A stretch of DNA of 64,000 bases from assembly GCA_964016885.1 (NCBI GenBank), contig OZ024745.1, forward strand, positions 115,878,001 to 115,942,000. Reading direction: 5' to 3'. The position numbers and the translations under genes are program-made. This DNA comes from Eledone cirrhosa. Lineage: Eukaryota. How positions within the stretch are numbered: position 1 is the stretch's first letter; the number at the start of each line of letters is the position of its first letter. Shown piece after piece: positions 51,830 through 64,000 of the stretch. A model generated the notes under the pieces. It did no database searches. It saw nothing but the letters and a program-made list of their open reading frames with translations, and was not told the origin of the DNA.

Positions 51830-52990
51830 GGGGTTCAGTCTTCCCTATATCCTCCGCAGCGCTCCGTGCAACCTCCAGACTTCTTTCCTCGCTGACCTCG
51901 ATACTTGTATCCGTGCAGCAGCCGGGGAGATATGTAACGTCAAGTTTGACGACATAGGGTGGCAACAGGCCACTTTACTTGTCAGGTATGGCGGCCTTGG
52001 CCTCCGGTCCCCGATCTCACTAGCTTTGCCAGCGTATCTTTCGTCGGTAACCTCGTGCCACGTCCTCGTCAGCAGGGTTCTTCAAAACACAACAGAACCC
52101 TCTGCGTTCAGAGAACGTGAGGCCGCCTCTGAGACATGGGACTGGCTGGGACTTAGCCCAGTAGACGTCCCTCCTCCTTCTCCCACTGTTGACGTCAAGT
52201 CCTCCCAACGCACTTGGGTGCCATCCAGTGCAGCCTGGCCTCAGACAGGCTCACGCGCCAACTCGACCAGCACCGCCTTGCTTGATTTCGTGCGGCCTCC
52301 AAACCCCACAGTGGTGGCTGACTCCATGCCCTGCCCTCCTTCTCCACTCAGCTAGACAACCATAGGTTGCGCATCGGCGTTTGCCTAAGGCTCGGCCTCC
52401 AGATCTGCTAGCCACACCAATGTCGCTGCGGTTCCACCGTGGACCCTCTTAACCCCCACGCGCTTTCCTGTCGCCAGAGTGCCGGCCGCATTCCACGCCA
52501 TGCTGCCCCCAACGAGGTCATTAAGCATGGCTTGGACGCTGCAGGCTTCTCTTCCCAGCGCGAGCTGGTGGGGCTGGATCGAGGGGACGGCAAAAAGCCA
52601 GATTCCATGACCATCTTCCCGTTCCGCGGTGGCAAACCCATCGTCTGGGATGCCACTTGCACCGACACTTTCTGCAGCCGCAACTTGGTGCAGTCTGCGA
52701 CTGACCCAGGTTCTGCTGCACGTCGGGCTGAGGAGGCCACACTCCTCAAATACCGGTCGCTCTCCGACAGGTTTGCGGTTGTACCCCTGGCAGTGGAGAC
52801 TTCTGGTGTCCTCGGCCTCAGAGATACCTCCTTATGTAACACCATAGGCGCTGAGCTGGCCAGCCGCAGGTGTGAACCCCGGGAGTTGGAGTGGCTTTTC
52901 CAGCGCGTCTCCCTTGCGTCCTCCGGGGAAATGACTTCTCCATTCTGTCCGCCACGTCTGTGGGTGGACCCCATCGCGTATCATTTTTAT
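51830..52990 (+). mobile_element. GC-rich 5'-truncated CRE-like non-LTR retrotransposon (RT C-terminus, Zn finger, RLE)
   Basis: WQQATLLVRYGGLGLRS..LALPAYLSS; HQCRCG..HALSC; DGKKPDSMTIFPFRGGKPIVWDATCTDT; KYRSL..PLAVETSG..LFQRVSLA. Confidence 0.82.
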
Positions 52991-53062
52991 AAATATGACA
53001 ACAATCTATCCAACTAACGACGTATAATAAAGAACAAAATGGATATATAGATTATATATAGA

Positions 53063-53465
53063 TAATAACAATATTCGATTCGTTTGCAAATATGCAAACA
53101 ACCTCTTTAAAGCCATGTCAGTAGAATGAACCCCTCATTCTTGCTCTTGTGTTGGCATGTAAACAGAATTGCAGACACTAATATTTTCACTAGCTCTAAC
53201 AGTTGGCAGGTAAACAGTATACTGTACTGATAAAGGGTAATCACCCAGAAACAATAGTGTCTACCGTTCTGTTTACATGCCAATACAAGAGCAAGAATGA
53301 GGGGCTCATTCTACTGACAGAGGTTGTTTGCATATTTGCAAACGAATCGAATATTGTTATTAATATTCGAAAAACTTAGATTACATTTATTGTATTCAGC
53401 CATGTAGAGCGATGAACTCATTGTTTGTTGTTTGAATATGGCAAAGCCGGCCATTAATCGTTCGT
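53063..53465 (+). mobile_element. Hammerhead-bearing repeat copy 3 with inverted 5' duplication
   Basis: HHR 53203-53283: ttggcaggtaaacag tatactgta CTGATAA AGGGT aatc ACCCA GAAA CA atag TG TC taccgtt ctgtttacatgccaa; 53063-53188 is the rc of 53248-53362. Confidence 0.78.
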
Positions 53466-54321
53466 ATACATGAAGTTGACTGGCCTATCTGCTGATATGC
53501 AAATCTGGCTGATCAGTGGGTCTGTTAATACGGAGATCTCACTGATCAGCCAGTCTGCTAATATGCAAATCAGGCCAATCAGTCATTGTATATTTTAGAA
53601 AATATTTCCCTATTAAAATTCGAAAAACTCAGAGTATATATAAATACTTAAACTTCAAACCCAAATAAGCAGGATTCTATCCAATAACCTAACTATTTGT
53701 ATAAACATTATGATTACCCAGACTTATAACGTCTGAAAATGTGGCGCCACTGAACACTTTTAACGTCCTTCTTATCACCATTAAAGGACACCACGTCGCT
53801 AATCCACCATAACTTATCTTAGAAGTATAGACATTTATCTATCACCAACCGTAATAAACAACTATATCCACCAAAGATATCAAAGGATTTACTATTAACC
53901 AATCAAATGCAAAGAACAAATTCCTAACCAATCAGACGCAAGAGAAATGGCATTCTAAGAACACTCCCACAGTGAATAGGCACACCCCTTCAACTCTCTT
54001 TCCCTCACATATAGTATCCCTCACACATAGATATATACATAGTCACTAAGTCACGGCAAAATAGGATTATCGACACGAATGTTCGAGGGTGACAGCTTAT
54101 CTGTATTACTGTTTGTGCTGGTAGTGAATCCCAGTGCAGAAAGAATACTAGAGCTGCGTGGCAGACTCTGCAATAGTGTGAAATATCATTGACTTTAACT
54201 TATACTCCGAGAAAGAGTAAACCAAACTAACACGTATCTTTTGAATCTAATCGATTAGCGGCACTGTTGATACTTGCAAGAAATTGCAAGATAATCCATT
54301 TGTGTTTTCTGAAATGGACAG

Positions 54322-54579
54322 AAATTGTAAGTTGTCATGTTGCTGTTCCACTCATGTTTTCTATTTAATTTTGGTTGTAATTCATTTATGTTTATTGCCT
54401 CTGTGATTTGTCTAAACATTGCGTCTTTTCTGTGTGTAGATTCTATTGTTATTTCTATGTTGTAACATAGAAATAAAAATAAAAATAAAAATAAAAATAA
54501 AAATAAAAATAAAAATAAAAATAAAAATAAAAATAAAAATAAAAATAAAAATAAAAATAAAAATAAAAATAAAAATAAA

Positions 54580-54610
<31 letters not shown>

Positions 54611-55060
54611 TAGAAAACATGAGTGGAACAGCAACATCACAACTTACAATTAAGGACAAAATGAAAACACACACGCACATAGAACAAACAACCAACCAGT
54701 AATATGTAAATAAACAAATAAATAAACGAATATAAACACACACAGACACCCGGATGTAACACATGCGCACACTAAGTACACAACACACACACAAAAACAA
54801 GATGGCGTAGGACAGAACAAAGGAGAGGCACAAAAAAACAAAGAAAAGAATCCCAGTCACTGAAGAGGTCACAGAATGTGTGACGAAAGAACTTTGACAA
54901 TATATAAACAACCATCTGGTTGTGGAATCAACCAACCAACCAACCAACCGGAAATTCATAAATTCCTAAATTTATAAATTTATTATAATAAATTGAAGTG
55001 AAAGCATCTGGTGCGTGTGTTTCTTATTGGCAACATGACCCTCCCAAAGTATAACAATAT
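54322..55060. mobile_element. Penelope-like 3' end: inverted GIY-YIG C-terminal piece, (AAAAAT)n, then pseudo-LTR with hammerhead
   Basis: Minus frame RQITEAININELQPKLNRKHEW at ~54345-54415; 54322-54366 inverted relative to 54607-54651; HHR gtca CTGAAGA G GTCACA gaatg TGTGAC GAAA GAACTT tgac at 54856-54898; highly similar to 10527-10945. Confidence 0.78.
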
Positions 55061-55062
55061 AT

Positions 55063-55760
55063 ACGTAGACTAATATTCTATTAGGTGGTTCATGGAGACG
55101 TTCTCTGACAATGAACGGAAAAAACGAAGAAAATACGTCATAACGTGGAGCGCGAGAACAATTACACGCAAAGACAAAACCTCGTAAATGGTATAACTGA
55201 TGTCGTAGACTAAAATTCTATTTAGGAAACCGAATGATTCTCGACTTCAGAGTTAAGAATAAAGTAAATAGAATACAGAAGTAATTGAAATTAAATATAT
55301 ACATACACGCATCCATATACGTACGTACACAGGCATACGCGAAAACACTCGCCATGAGTAACACATATATATATATATTTTTTATATATATTTTTATGTG
55401 TATTTGGATATACGTTCGTATGTGTGCGGGTACAGGCGTTGCGTGGGTTCTGTATGTGCGTGCGTGTTTTTTTGTGTACGTGCTTGGATTTGCATACACA
55501 TGGCGAGTGTTTTTACATTTACGTGGTTTTGTCTTTGCGTGTAATTGTTCTAACGTCCACATAATGACGTATTATCTTCGTTTTTTTCGTTCATTGCCAG
55601 ATAACGTCTCCATGAACCACCTAATAGAATATTAGTCTACGACTTCAGTTATACCATAAACGTGGTTTTGTCTTTGCGTATAATTGTTTTCACCACACCA
55701 AATTATGACGTTTATCTTCGTTTTTTTCCCGTTCTTTGCCAGGGAACGTTCCACGAACCA
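55063..55760. repeat. MITE/fold-back-like element built from ~140-bp units in inverted orientation
   Basis: cgtagactaatattctattaggtggttcatggagacgtt...(55063-55190) is the rc of 55515-55641; partial extra units at 55204-55225 and 55642-55760. Confidence 0.75.
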
Positions 55761-56174
55761 AAGTATCGTCTTCCTGTCTACATTCGGTTGCAACGTTTTT
55801 TGAAATATTTACTTCTGCGCTCACAGATTGACTTTTTTAGTTTCAGAAAGAAATATATGGCTGTCATTTCCAAGAAGTTAACCTTTAACTCTAGACCTGT
55901 TCTTGTTTCGACTCACCTCAACTCAAATAAAGCAGACCTATGACCGATTGTATTCCAATCCTGGCTCTTTCATATTTTAAAGTCAACACATTTCCGGGAT
56001 AACATTGTCCAATATTTCCTTTAACCTCTAATATATCACACGTAAATGAGTTATTTGAGGGAAATATGTGAGCCAACATGCTGAAGATGCAACTAGGAAA
56101 CATCTACACGATAATTTAGTCGGCTTCTCTTTGCTAGGCCCGTTTCTAATGTATGATATCATTTTAACAAAATT

Positions 56175-56388
56175 GGTGGATTGGCAATATCGGTAGAGCA
56201 TCCGACAACATGATTTGCGGCATTTTGTTATGACTTTTTAATTTCTAATTTCAAATCCCGCCGAGTTTAAATATGCCTTTGATCTTTTCGGGGTCGATAA
56301 CATAAAGTGCCATTTGCGTACTGAGTCGATATAATCGGCTTTTCTTTTTCATAAATTGATAGCTTTGTGTCAATGTTAGAAAGAATTA
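56175..56388 (+). mobile_element. Diverged octopus-type SINE
   Basis: ggtggattggcaatatcggtagag...ttcaaatcccgccgag...ggggtcgataa. Confidence 0.7.
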
Positions 56389-57615
56389 TCAGAAAAAGAG
56401 AAGAGAAACAGAGTTTATTACCATTTAGATAATCTGAACCATATGTTAACATTCAGGACTGAAGCGCCTTTGGTATCAGAGGACGAGATTTATTCCACGA
56501 GGACAGATCGGAAGATAATGGACATGAACAATAAAATTAGTTGTTCATATACGATACAATTAGAATTGTGGACGTTGATAACTATTTCAAGAACATTAAT
56601 GACATTTTCACAACCTTATTTTGTCAGTTAGAATAAACCTATATATAGGAGGTTATAGCTTTTGAAATAATTCTTCTAGCGAGGTGCACAATTATCACAC
56701 ATATTAAGACTGATATCAGGTGATCTTTATTTTAAAGAACTCTTTACAAGACTTCATGCTTGCGTTTTATTGTACTTAGATTATAGCTTATTAGCTGAAA
56801 CCAGCGTTGATGCCTAGTTCTGATAGTATAATTGATTTTGTATAAATGTTAATATTTACGTTTAACCCTGATGAATACACATGTAAACAAATTTATTCAA
56901 ACAAGACAACTCTATCAATTAGTCAATAATATTTGTCCCGTTATTATTCAAGAAGTGAGATATCTCTGAAAAATATTAATTCTGCCGTAAACATTACTGT
57001 AGCGGAGCTGTTTTCATGGCGCGTAACAATAATCTATCCATGCGTGATTTGGTTACTTTAGACCAATCGTAAGTTGCGCTTGAATATTGTCAACTTCCAC
57101 CCACCTCAAATAATTCCCCGCTACTTTTGTTTCACTCTACACACTTGCTGCCTTGACACCAACAAGTCAACATCCATTTTTCTTTCAGTGTCAACAACTC
57201 GCCAACATGTAAAGGTAAAATTCAACTTCGGCCTGGGCGGCCACATATCGGCCAGCGACCGTGACTTTCTTTGCTTAGAACATTACATTTGTTTGTTCCT
57301 TTTTATTTGGCATGCTTTTGTAGTCCTTTCGGTTTGTAAATAAATAATGTAAAAAGTCCTAAAGTCTTATGGAACTTTTACCACTGCTGTCACCTCGGGC
57401 GTGATATGGGAAAAATCCTTTTCCCAAGGTTCTTATCACTACAACAGCATATACACTTCTTTCGTGGCGATAATTTTACAACCGAACTTCAACTAAAACG
57501 TTACATTTCTTGATACTTCAATTCCTCGTATGCTACTATCACAAATAATATTATTCCTCACATTTCTATTATGCCAACACGGCGTAATATTATTTTAACT
57601 GCTATATTACGTAAA

Positions 57616-57807
57616 GGGCGGTGGATTGGCAATATCGGTAGAGGGTCGGACGCCATGCTTTAACGCACAGAGTTATAGCCCTTTCCATTCTGAGTTCAAA
57701 TCCCACCAAGGTTAACTTTGCCTTTCATCCTTACGGGGTCGATAAAATAAAGTACCAGTAATGTACTGTGTAATTGCTGGCCTTGTGCCAAAAGTAGAAA
57801 CAATTAT
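57616..57807 (+). mobile_element. Full-length octopus-type SINE
   Basis: Complete family sequence. Confidence 0.88.
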
Positions 57808-58275
57808 ATATTATATGCGTTACACGTTTCAAAAACAGGCGGCGCACAGAAAGATACGTGGGCAGGGTAGCTGTGAAAAATAAAGCAACGAGTTATTGCC
57901 TAATATCTCACCAAATCATTAACCCTGATATACATCTGTTTAGCAGGCTGATTTATTGTAAAACTATCAAAAGAAATGTATGAATTATCGAAAGAATGTA
58001 TCAAAGATCAAGCTACACATCAAAACACAGTGACATCAAAACTATTATGAAAGCATGCACAAATAGTTTAAAGGCGAACTGGTTTGAATTTGCTTTATCT
58101 CTTAACATAATAGTTATCACAATTAGTTGAATTAGCGATATATGCCAACTGATGCGCAATGGAAAGCTAAATATCACAGGCATCGCCAAAAGGACAGTTA
58201 TTCACTATTATTCCCATACCAATAATACACAATCAGACATGCATAATGGATATACGTATATATGCACATCTCTAT

Positions 58276-58351
<76 letters not shown>

Positions 58352-58609
58352 ATCTATCTATCTATCTATCTATCTATCCATCTATCTATCCATCGACCGG
58401 ACGTGCGATAGATCGTCGGTAAGATTTTGTAAAATGTTCTATACCAAAACAGAATTTATTGTGCGAACATTTATATTGTTTGATAGATTAACATCCAGCC
58501 TGAATTGTCAGCTGAGTGGTAAACTTAGTTTTCGCCCCACAGGGGCAGAAATTTTATTTGAAAAACTTTCAAAAAAATTTAATATTTTTGCTATCGATAA
58601 TGGCTAGCT

Positions 58610-61600
58610 TAGTAGAAGCAACGCTAGCGAACGCTGACGAAGAAAGTAGAGGGAGAAAGCAGAGAGTAACGTTGCCGCAACTTCTGCCTAGATAGGCGTC
58701 ACTATGGAGACAAATAGTGACAGCAAAGTTTTGTTTGGCCAAGAAGCCGAAAAATGTAACTTACAAGATGGACCACACAGCTTACAACCGACATGAAAAA
58801 CCGAAAAAAAATGAAACAATAGACACAACTACAAATGGAAAAAATGACAACCACAACAACAACAACTGCAAAAAAAAAACTTTTACAGAAACAGTCACAA
58901 ATAATGTATTGGCGCCAATATGGACAACAAAAATAAAAACAAGATTCAACGACACAGTGTACAACATACACCAATAACAACAGAAAAAACAACAGGAAAT
59001 AAAACCATTGACACAACTACAAACGGAAAAAACCGACAACCACAACAACAACAATAACAACAACACAAAAAAAACAACTTTTGCGCAAACAGTCATCAAG
59101 AAACAAGAGTTCAATGATCTCGATATCTCCAATGCGAGACAGATGCTCTCTGAAGCAAAGGAAGTTATCACTTTCGGGGAAAACGGTGGGTTTCAAATAA
59201 ACACACCCCCAGAAATTCGTCTTGAAACATTTCGAAGGGCACTTACCTTCAGAACTGTTTCAAATTAAACAAAACGACCAGCATTCCTCAGCCAAGGGGA
59301 AATTGAGGCAACCTTGAAGGAGATATTGCCAAACATCGCCTTTATGGAGAGGGCCAAACAGTACGGAAGTATTTCGGTGCACCTCAAAAGCGAGGTCCTT
59401 GCACAAAGATACTCAGTGACGCCAATACTGTCAAAGAAATACACCTTTTCCCCTACACATCTGGGAAAAAGGACACAAAAAAATCAAAATTAGAAACATA
59501 CCACCAAATATTAATATTTGGTGGATATGGGCAGGATTTTTAGAGGAGGAAAAAGACACCATTCTCTCCATCAAAAAGTCAACCAGACATACGTGGTCTG
59601 GTACAAATTTGGAGATTCTGGTGCAAATGAGCCCGGAGAGAAACCCCAAAATACCCGAAAAAGTGTTGATGGACAACAACAGCCACATAAGCATTTCGGT
59701 TGAATTTGAAAACCACATTGCTTTCGTTGTAATAGCAGCACACACCTAAAGGCCTTTACAAACACGCTCAAACAAAACAATCCACCAACACCAACACCAA
59801 CACCAAAACAACCACCACCACAACAACAACACATGAAACAAGCAAACACACCAAAACAAACAGCCACTCAACCAACAACAACAGAAAAAAACACAGACAA
59901 CGCCCCTGAAGAACACAGCCCCACCCCATCCGACTCCATCAAACACTTCCACAAACACACACAACATACCCCTACACACACTCCTGACGATGATTATTCA
60001 CCAACGGATGAGGCTGCTTCTCCCTCTTTAAGTGAAGAAGAAGGAGAGCCTCGTAAATCCCAAAACCAAAAAAACGAGACACCACAAAACCCCCATAACT
60101 CCAATCACCAACACCAATACACAACCACAGACACAAACAACAACACAAACAACACCACAGTCAAACATACCCCTACCAACCAAACCAACACCAACACCAC
60201 CCCACATACAAGCACCCACCATAAAAAGAAAACTCCCGAACGAACAACAAACAATAACAACACAACAAAAACACAAACAACAATACGTATACATCAACAC
60301 AAACATCAAGAGTTTGATGGAGGTCATCTCCGAAAACCCCAAGGTGGAGACGGAGGGCAAAACTTTCGTTAAAGCAGAATCGACTCCACACCTTAAACTT
60401 ATAAGGGTTTCTATGGAGACCTATAGTGACCTGAAGAATAAATTTTCGCAGGACGTGGGAAACTCCTGCCAGAAACCTATCAACCGCGTCCTGTTAAAAT
60501 GTTTCTCCACCCGACCCAACACCCCCTCCAGCACCCAAATGGAGATTGAACAACCCGATCTCCAGCAAACGAAAAGGTGCACCTTTTCGTCTTTTTTCGC
60601 CAACTTTTCTCCATCAACATGGCTAGTTTACGAGTTGGAAGCGTGAATGTGCGTGGCCTAGGGATGCCCTGGAAACAGGGCCAACTTTTAAACGATCTTA
60701 GGTCACACGGTATGGCTGTGATAGCCATCACCGAGTCCAGGATCCACAACAGGCAGCAACTAACCCCCATCTTCAATGACTTTGAGATCTACGCATCTCT
60801 CTGTCATCCAGGAGGTGGAGCGGGAGTGGCCGTCATGTTTCGGAAAAACCTGGACGTCAATGTACCGCAAGTACACTTAGACCCGGAGGGTAGACTGGTA
60901 GTCCTAGACGTGAACAGTATTGGAGGTGGAGCCTTCAGACTGGTGGCCGCTTATGCCCCGACCGGGCAATGGCAATCGCGGCCAGACTTCTTTAAGCGGC
61001 TAGAGTCTTTTCTGGAAACATCTCGCTCCTTACTTTTAGTGGGGGACTGGAATGGTATCCTAGATGCACGATGGGACTATGTGGGAGCATGTCCTAGTAG
61101 AAGGCGGTGCAACAGCCTCAACAATCTAATCGGCCAATTACAACTGGCCGAGAGATATCGACTAGATTTCCCGACTGCACCACAGTGGAAGTGGGCAAAC
61201 CGCCGCGGGACATCTAGATCGTATTTAGATAGGTTTTCCGTTGGAGAGAAGGACACGCAGATGTTAAGCTGTCCACAAATGCACATGGTTGCCTATTCAG
61301 ATCACAACCTAGTCATCTGCATAGTCAACCGTGATAGAATACATAGACAAGGACCCGGATACTAAAGCCGAACGTGTCGCTACCGACACGTAATGTCTAC
61401 AGTGAACGAATAAGTAGATTAGTTAAGCAACAATTGATGGGAGCCATCGTCAACAACATATGGTGGTACTCCCTCAAGAAAGCAATTAGAGTAGAGCCGA
61501 TAGACTTTAGCAGAAAGTTAGCCTTAGAGAGAAACAAAACAGAAACGGAACTAGTAGCCAATGTAGAGGAGGCGCTTAGGAGTGGCAACGTAGGCAATGG

Positions 61601-62097
61601 ACAACAGGGCAATGGACTTCGGTTCATACCTCGACGGCCTGCCGCGTCTCTCGTGCATGGACACCGAGTTCTGCAAAAGACCGATCACAGCCACTGAGAT
61701 ACGGGACACTCTGGGCCGCTGCGGGAAACGCAAATCACCCGGTCTAGATGGTCTACCCTATGAGTAGGCATGCCGGACTTGTTCTCTGGCGTCCTCGAAG
61801 CCGTCCACTGCAACTGGTAGCAGAACGGGAAAATTCCCAGTTCTGCAGGCAGAGGCGTCGTAACGCTGATCAGGAAAGACGAGAACAAGGGGGACGAAAT
61901 TAACAACTTCAGGCCCATAACTCTGCTCAACACAGAGTTAAAGATTTTGGCCAAGGTGTTGGCAACGAGGTTGGCGCTTGTCGTCGAGAACCTGGTAGGG
62001 AAAGCGCAAACATGTGGAATCCCGACTAGGTCCATACACGACAACCTCCACCTCATGCGATATATCTTAGAGAGAGTGGGGTGTAAACCCGGCTTTG
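58610..62097 (+). mobile_element. Tx1/L1-like LINE, 5'-intact but 3'-truncated: broken ORF1 and ORF2 (APE endonuclease from ATG 60619, RT start)
   Basis: ORF1 remnants KIKIRNIPP and CFRCNSSTH knuckle; APE motifs SVNVRGL, ITES, YAP, GDWN, YLDRF, SDH; RT SPGLDGLPYE, NFRPITLLNTELKILAKVLATRL, RSIHDNL; stops and internal deletions. Confidence 0.88.
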
Positions 62098-62660
62098 GAA
62101 TCTGCGTTCTTCTTTTCCCATCAAATGAGCTGTCACTATGGATAATATGTTCCAATGAAATGCTGTTGTCAGACCGATGAGATAACACGCCAGCAATGTC
62201 TTGCATAGAAGCTGAAACATTAGTTTCTTATCTATAGCTTCCAACGTCGTTCAGGATGGAATCTGAAGGAGGAATTTGAATAGCCGACTTGATCTATATT
62301 ATGTATCAGTTTTCGATGCATCGACCCGTCCTCTCACGTGTAAATACAATGACAGAAAGCGGGATAAAGTCTGTTGCTTCATTGGCTTATCAAAAGTACC
62401 GTGAACTCCTGCATGGATAAATACTAGAAACAGCGAGGTTAGTTGGATATGTACTCAACCCATAACTGGCCAGCAGTAGGGGAAGTAAAATAAGAAGCTG
62501 TCAGAGATAACATCAGGAAATTGATAATATATAAACATTGATAAACATTTATAAACATTGATACAGCTCGATAATAACAAGTGAAGATAGAAATTTGTTG
62601 ATACCGATAGATGCCCTTGTATACATACATGATGATAAATGAGATGAAATGATCAAGAAA

Positions 62661-62945
62661 AGTATAGTATAGTATAGTATAGTATAGTATAGTATAGTAT
62701 AGTATAGTATAGTATAGTATAGTATAGTATAGTATAGTATAGTATAGTATAGTATAGTATAGTATAGTATAGTATAGTATAGTATAGTATAGTATAGTAT
62801 AGTATAGTATAGTATAGTATAGTATAGTATAGTATAGTATAGTATAGTATAGTATAGTATAGTATAGTATAGTATAGTATAGTATAGTATAGTATAGTAT
62901 AGTATAGTATAGTAAAGTTTAGTATAGTATAGTATACTATAGTTT
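62661..62945. repeat. (TATAG)n pentanucleotide microsatellite
   Basis: ~55 units seen directly. Confidence 0.97.
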
Positions 62946-63102
62946 AGTATTTAAAACAGAGCAGGCATAAATTTATTCACCATTTCATTGAAATTTTCCT
63001 ATTTAAGGTATAATATAACTGAAATAATTATATTTTAATCCATTCTCATATTATATATATATATATATATATGTAAATGTGTATATGTATATATATATGT
63101 AT

Positions 63103-63168
<66 letters not shown>

Positions 63169-63314
63169 TCAGGTTATCAATAATGTAGTGATAATATATC
63201 GTTACGTTAGAGATGCAAGCAGCGATACATAGGTATTCGGTCTGTTACAGAAACATATGTCAATACCTAATAAATTCCTTTTTTAACAAAAGCACTTTCA
63301 TTTTATATTCATCC

Positions 63315-63346
<32 letters not shown>

Positions 63347-63385
63347 TATGAGAATAAACGTGCTGCGTGGTTGCAAATGGGTTAC

Positions 63386-63503
63386 ATATGAATAAAGTTA
63401 GTCCTTCATCAGTGATCTTCCAACCATCATTGGTATTTCATCGCTTTAAAGACCATGAAATATCAATGATGGTTGGAAGATCACTGATGAAGGACTAACT
63501 TTA

Positions 63504-63510
<7 letters not shown>
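63386..63510. repeat. Fold-back palindrome (56-bp arms, 13-nt loop) adjoining (TA)n, containing CTGATGAAGG
   Basis: atatgaataaagttagtccttcatcagtgatcttccaaccatcattggtatttcat / atgaaatatcaatgatggttggaagatcactgatgaaggactaactttattcatat, 1 mismatch. Confidence 0.95.
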
Positions 63511-63543
<33 letters not shown>

Positions 63544-64000
63544 CAGAGAGATTGGTGAAATTCAATAGTGCACGTTTTACTAACCTTTCCCTTCATTTTT
63601 CAACATATCTGATATTTAGTATCGCTGACTATCGTGGACAGTCTTCTATGGGTTGAATAATTCACGGAATAAAACACTGTCCGTTATGACCAACCTTTAA
63701 AACATATTTCCAAAGATATAAGACTATACGTCGTTGTAATGTAAAAAGACATTAAGTGCAACGAGATTAATGCAGATCAGAGCGACACCTTATCGAAAAT
63801 ATTACGAAACTTTTCATACTTTACGTCATAAAATGTATGATTCTCTTCTCTCACACCCACCCCCTCACGTTTGTATTATTTCTTTCCTTTAATTGTTTCT
63901 TCTTTATGCTTATATACGTATAGTCGTACATATATGTCCTGCCCATAAATATTTACTGATATATATTTGAATGTAAACTCATAATCATACGTACTGATGT

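Noticed and set aside
53490-53580. Paired octamer motifs ATGCAAAT with a small inverted repeat as an snRNA-type promoter
   Set aside because: No adjacent recognisable snRNA or PSE; an 8-mer in AT-rich repeat-derived DNA is weak evidence
54050-54135. RT motif FEGDSLSVLLFVLVVNP
   Set aside because: Too short and isolated to delimit an element; probably an R4-like scrap

Overview
AT-rich, microsatellite-dense eukaryotic (metazoan) genomic DNA; the dominant ~190-bp SINE and the CORE-type tRNA SINEs resemble octopus SINEs, so an octopod cephalopod is the likely source (inference). The only host coding sequence I can support is two minus-strand, phase-compatible exons of a Kelch-repeat (KLHL-like) protein (51124-50893 and 35694-35594) separated by a ~15.2-kb intron. 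The rest is decayed retroelements (R4/Dong-like, CRE-like, RTE-like and Tx1-like LINEs, Penelope-like GIY-YIG elements), about 16 SINE copies, a 3.4-kb 18/19-bp minisatellite and many simple repeats; almost all ORFs in the supplied track are repeat artefacts. The most interesting unannotated signal is a dense set (more than a dozen) of intact or decayed type I hammerhead-ribozyme motifs (CTGANGA-stem II-GAAA-short helix III) from at least four families with covarying stems. They sit in Penelope pseudo-LTRs, in a ~428-bp tandem retrozyme-like array, and in fold-back palindromes beside (TA)n tracts, some hinged at the ribozyme itself. All structures were paired by eye; element boundaries are approximate.
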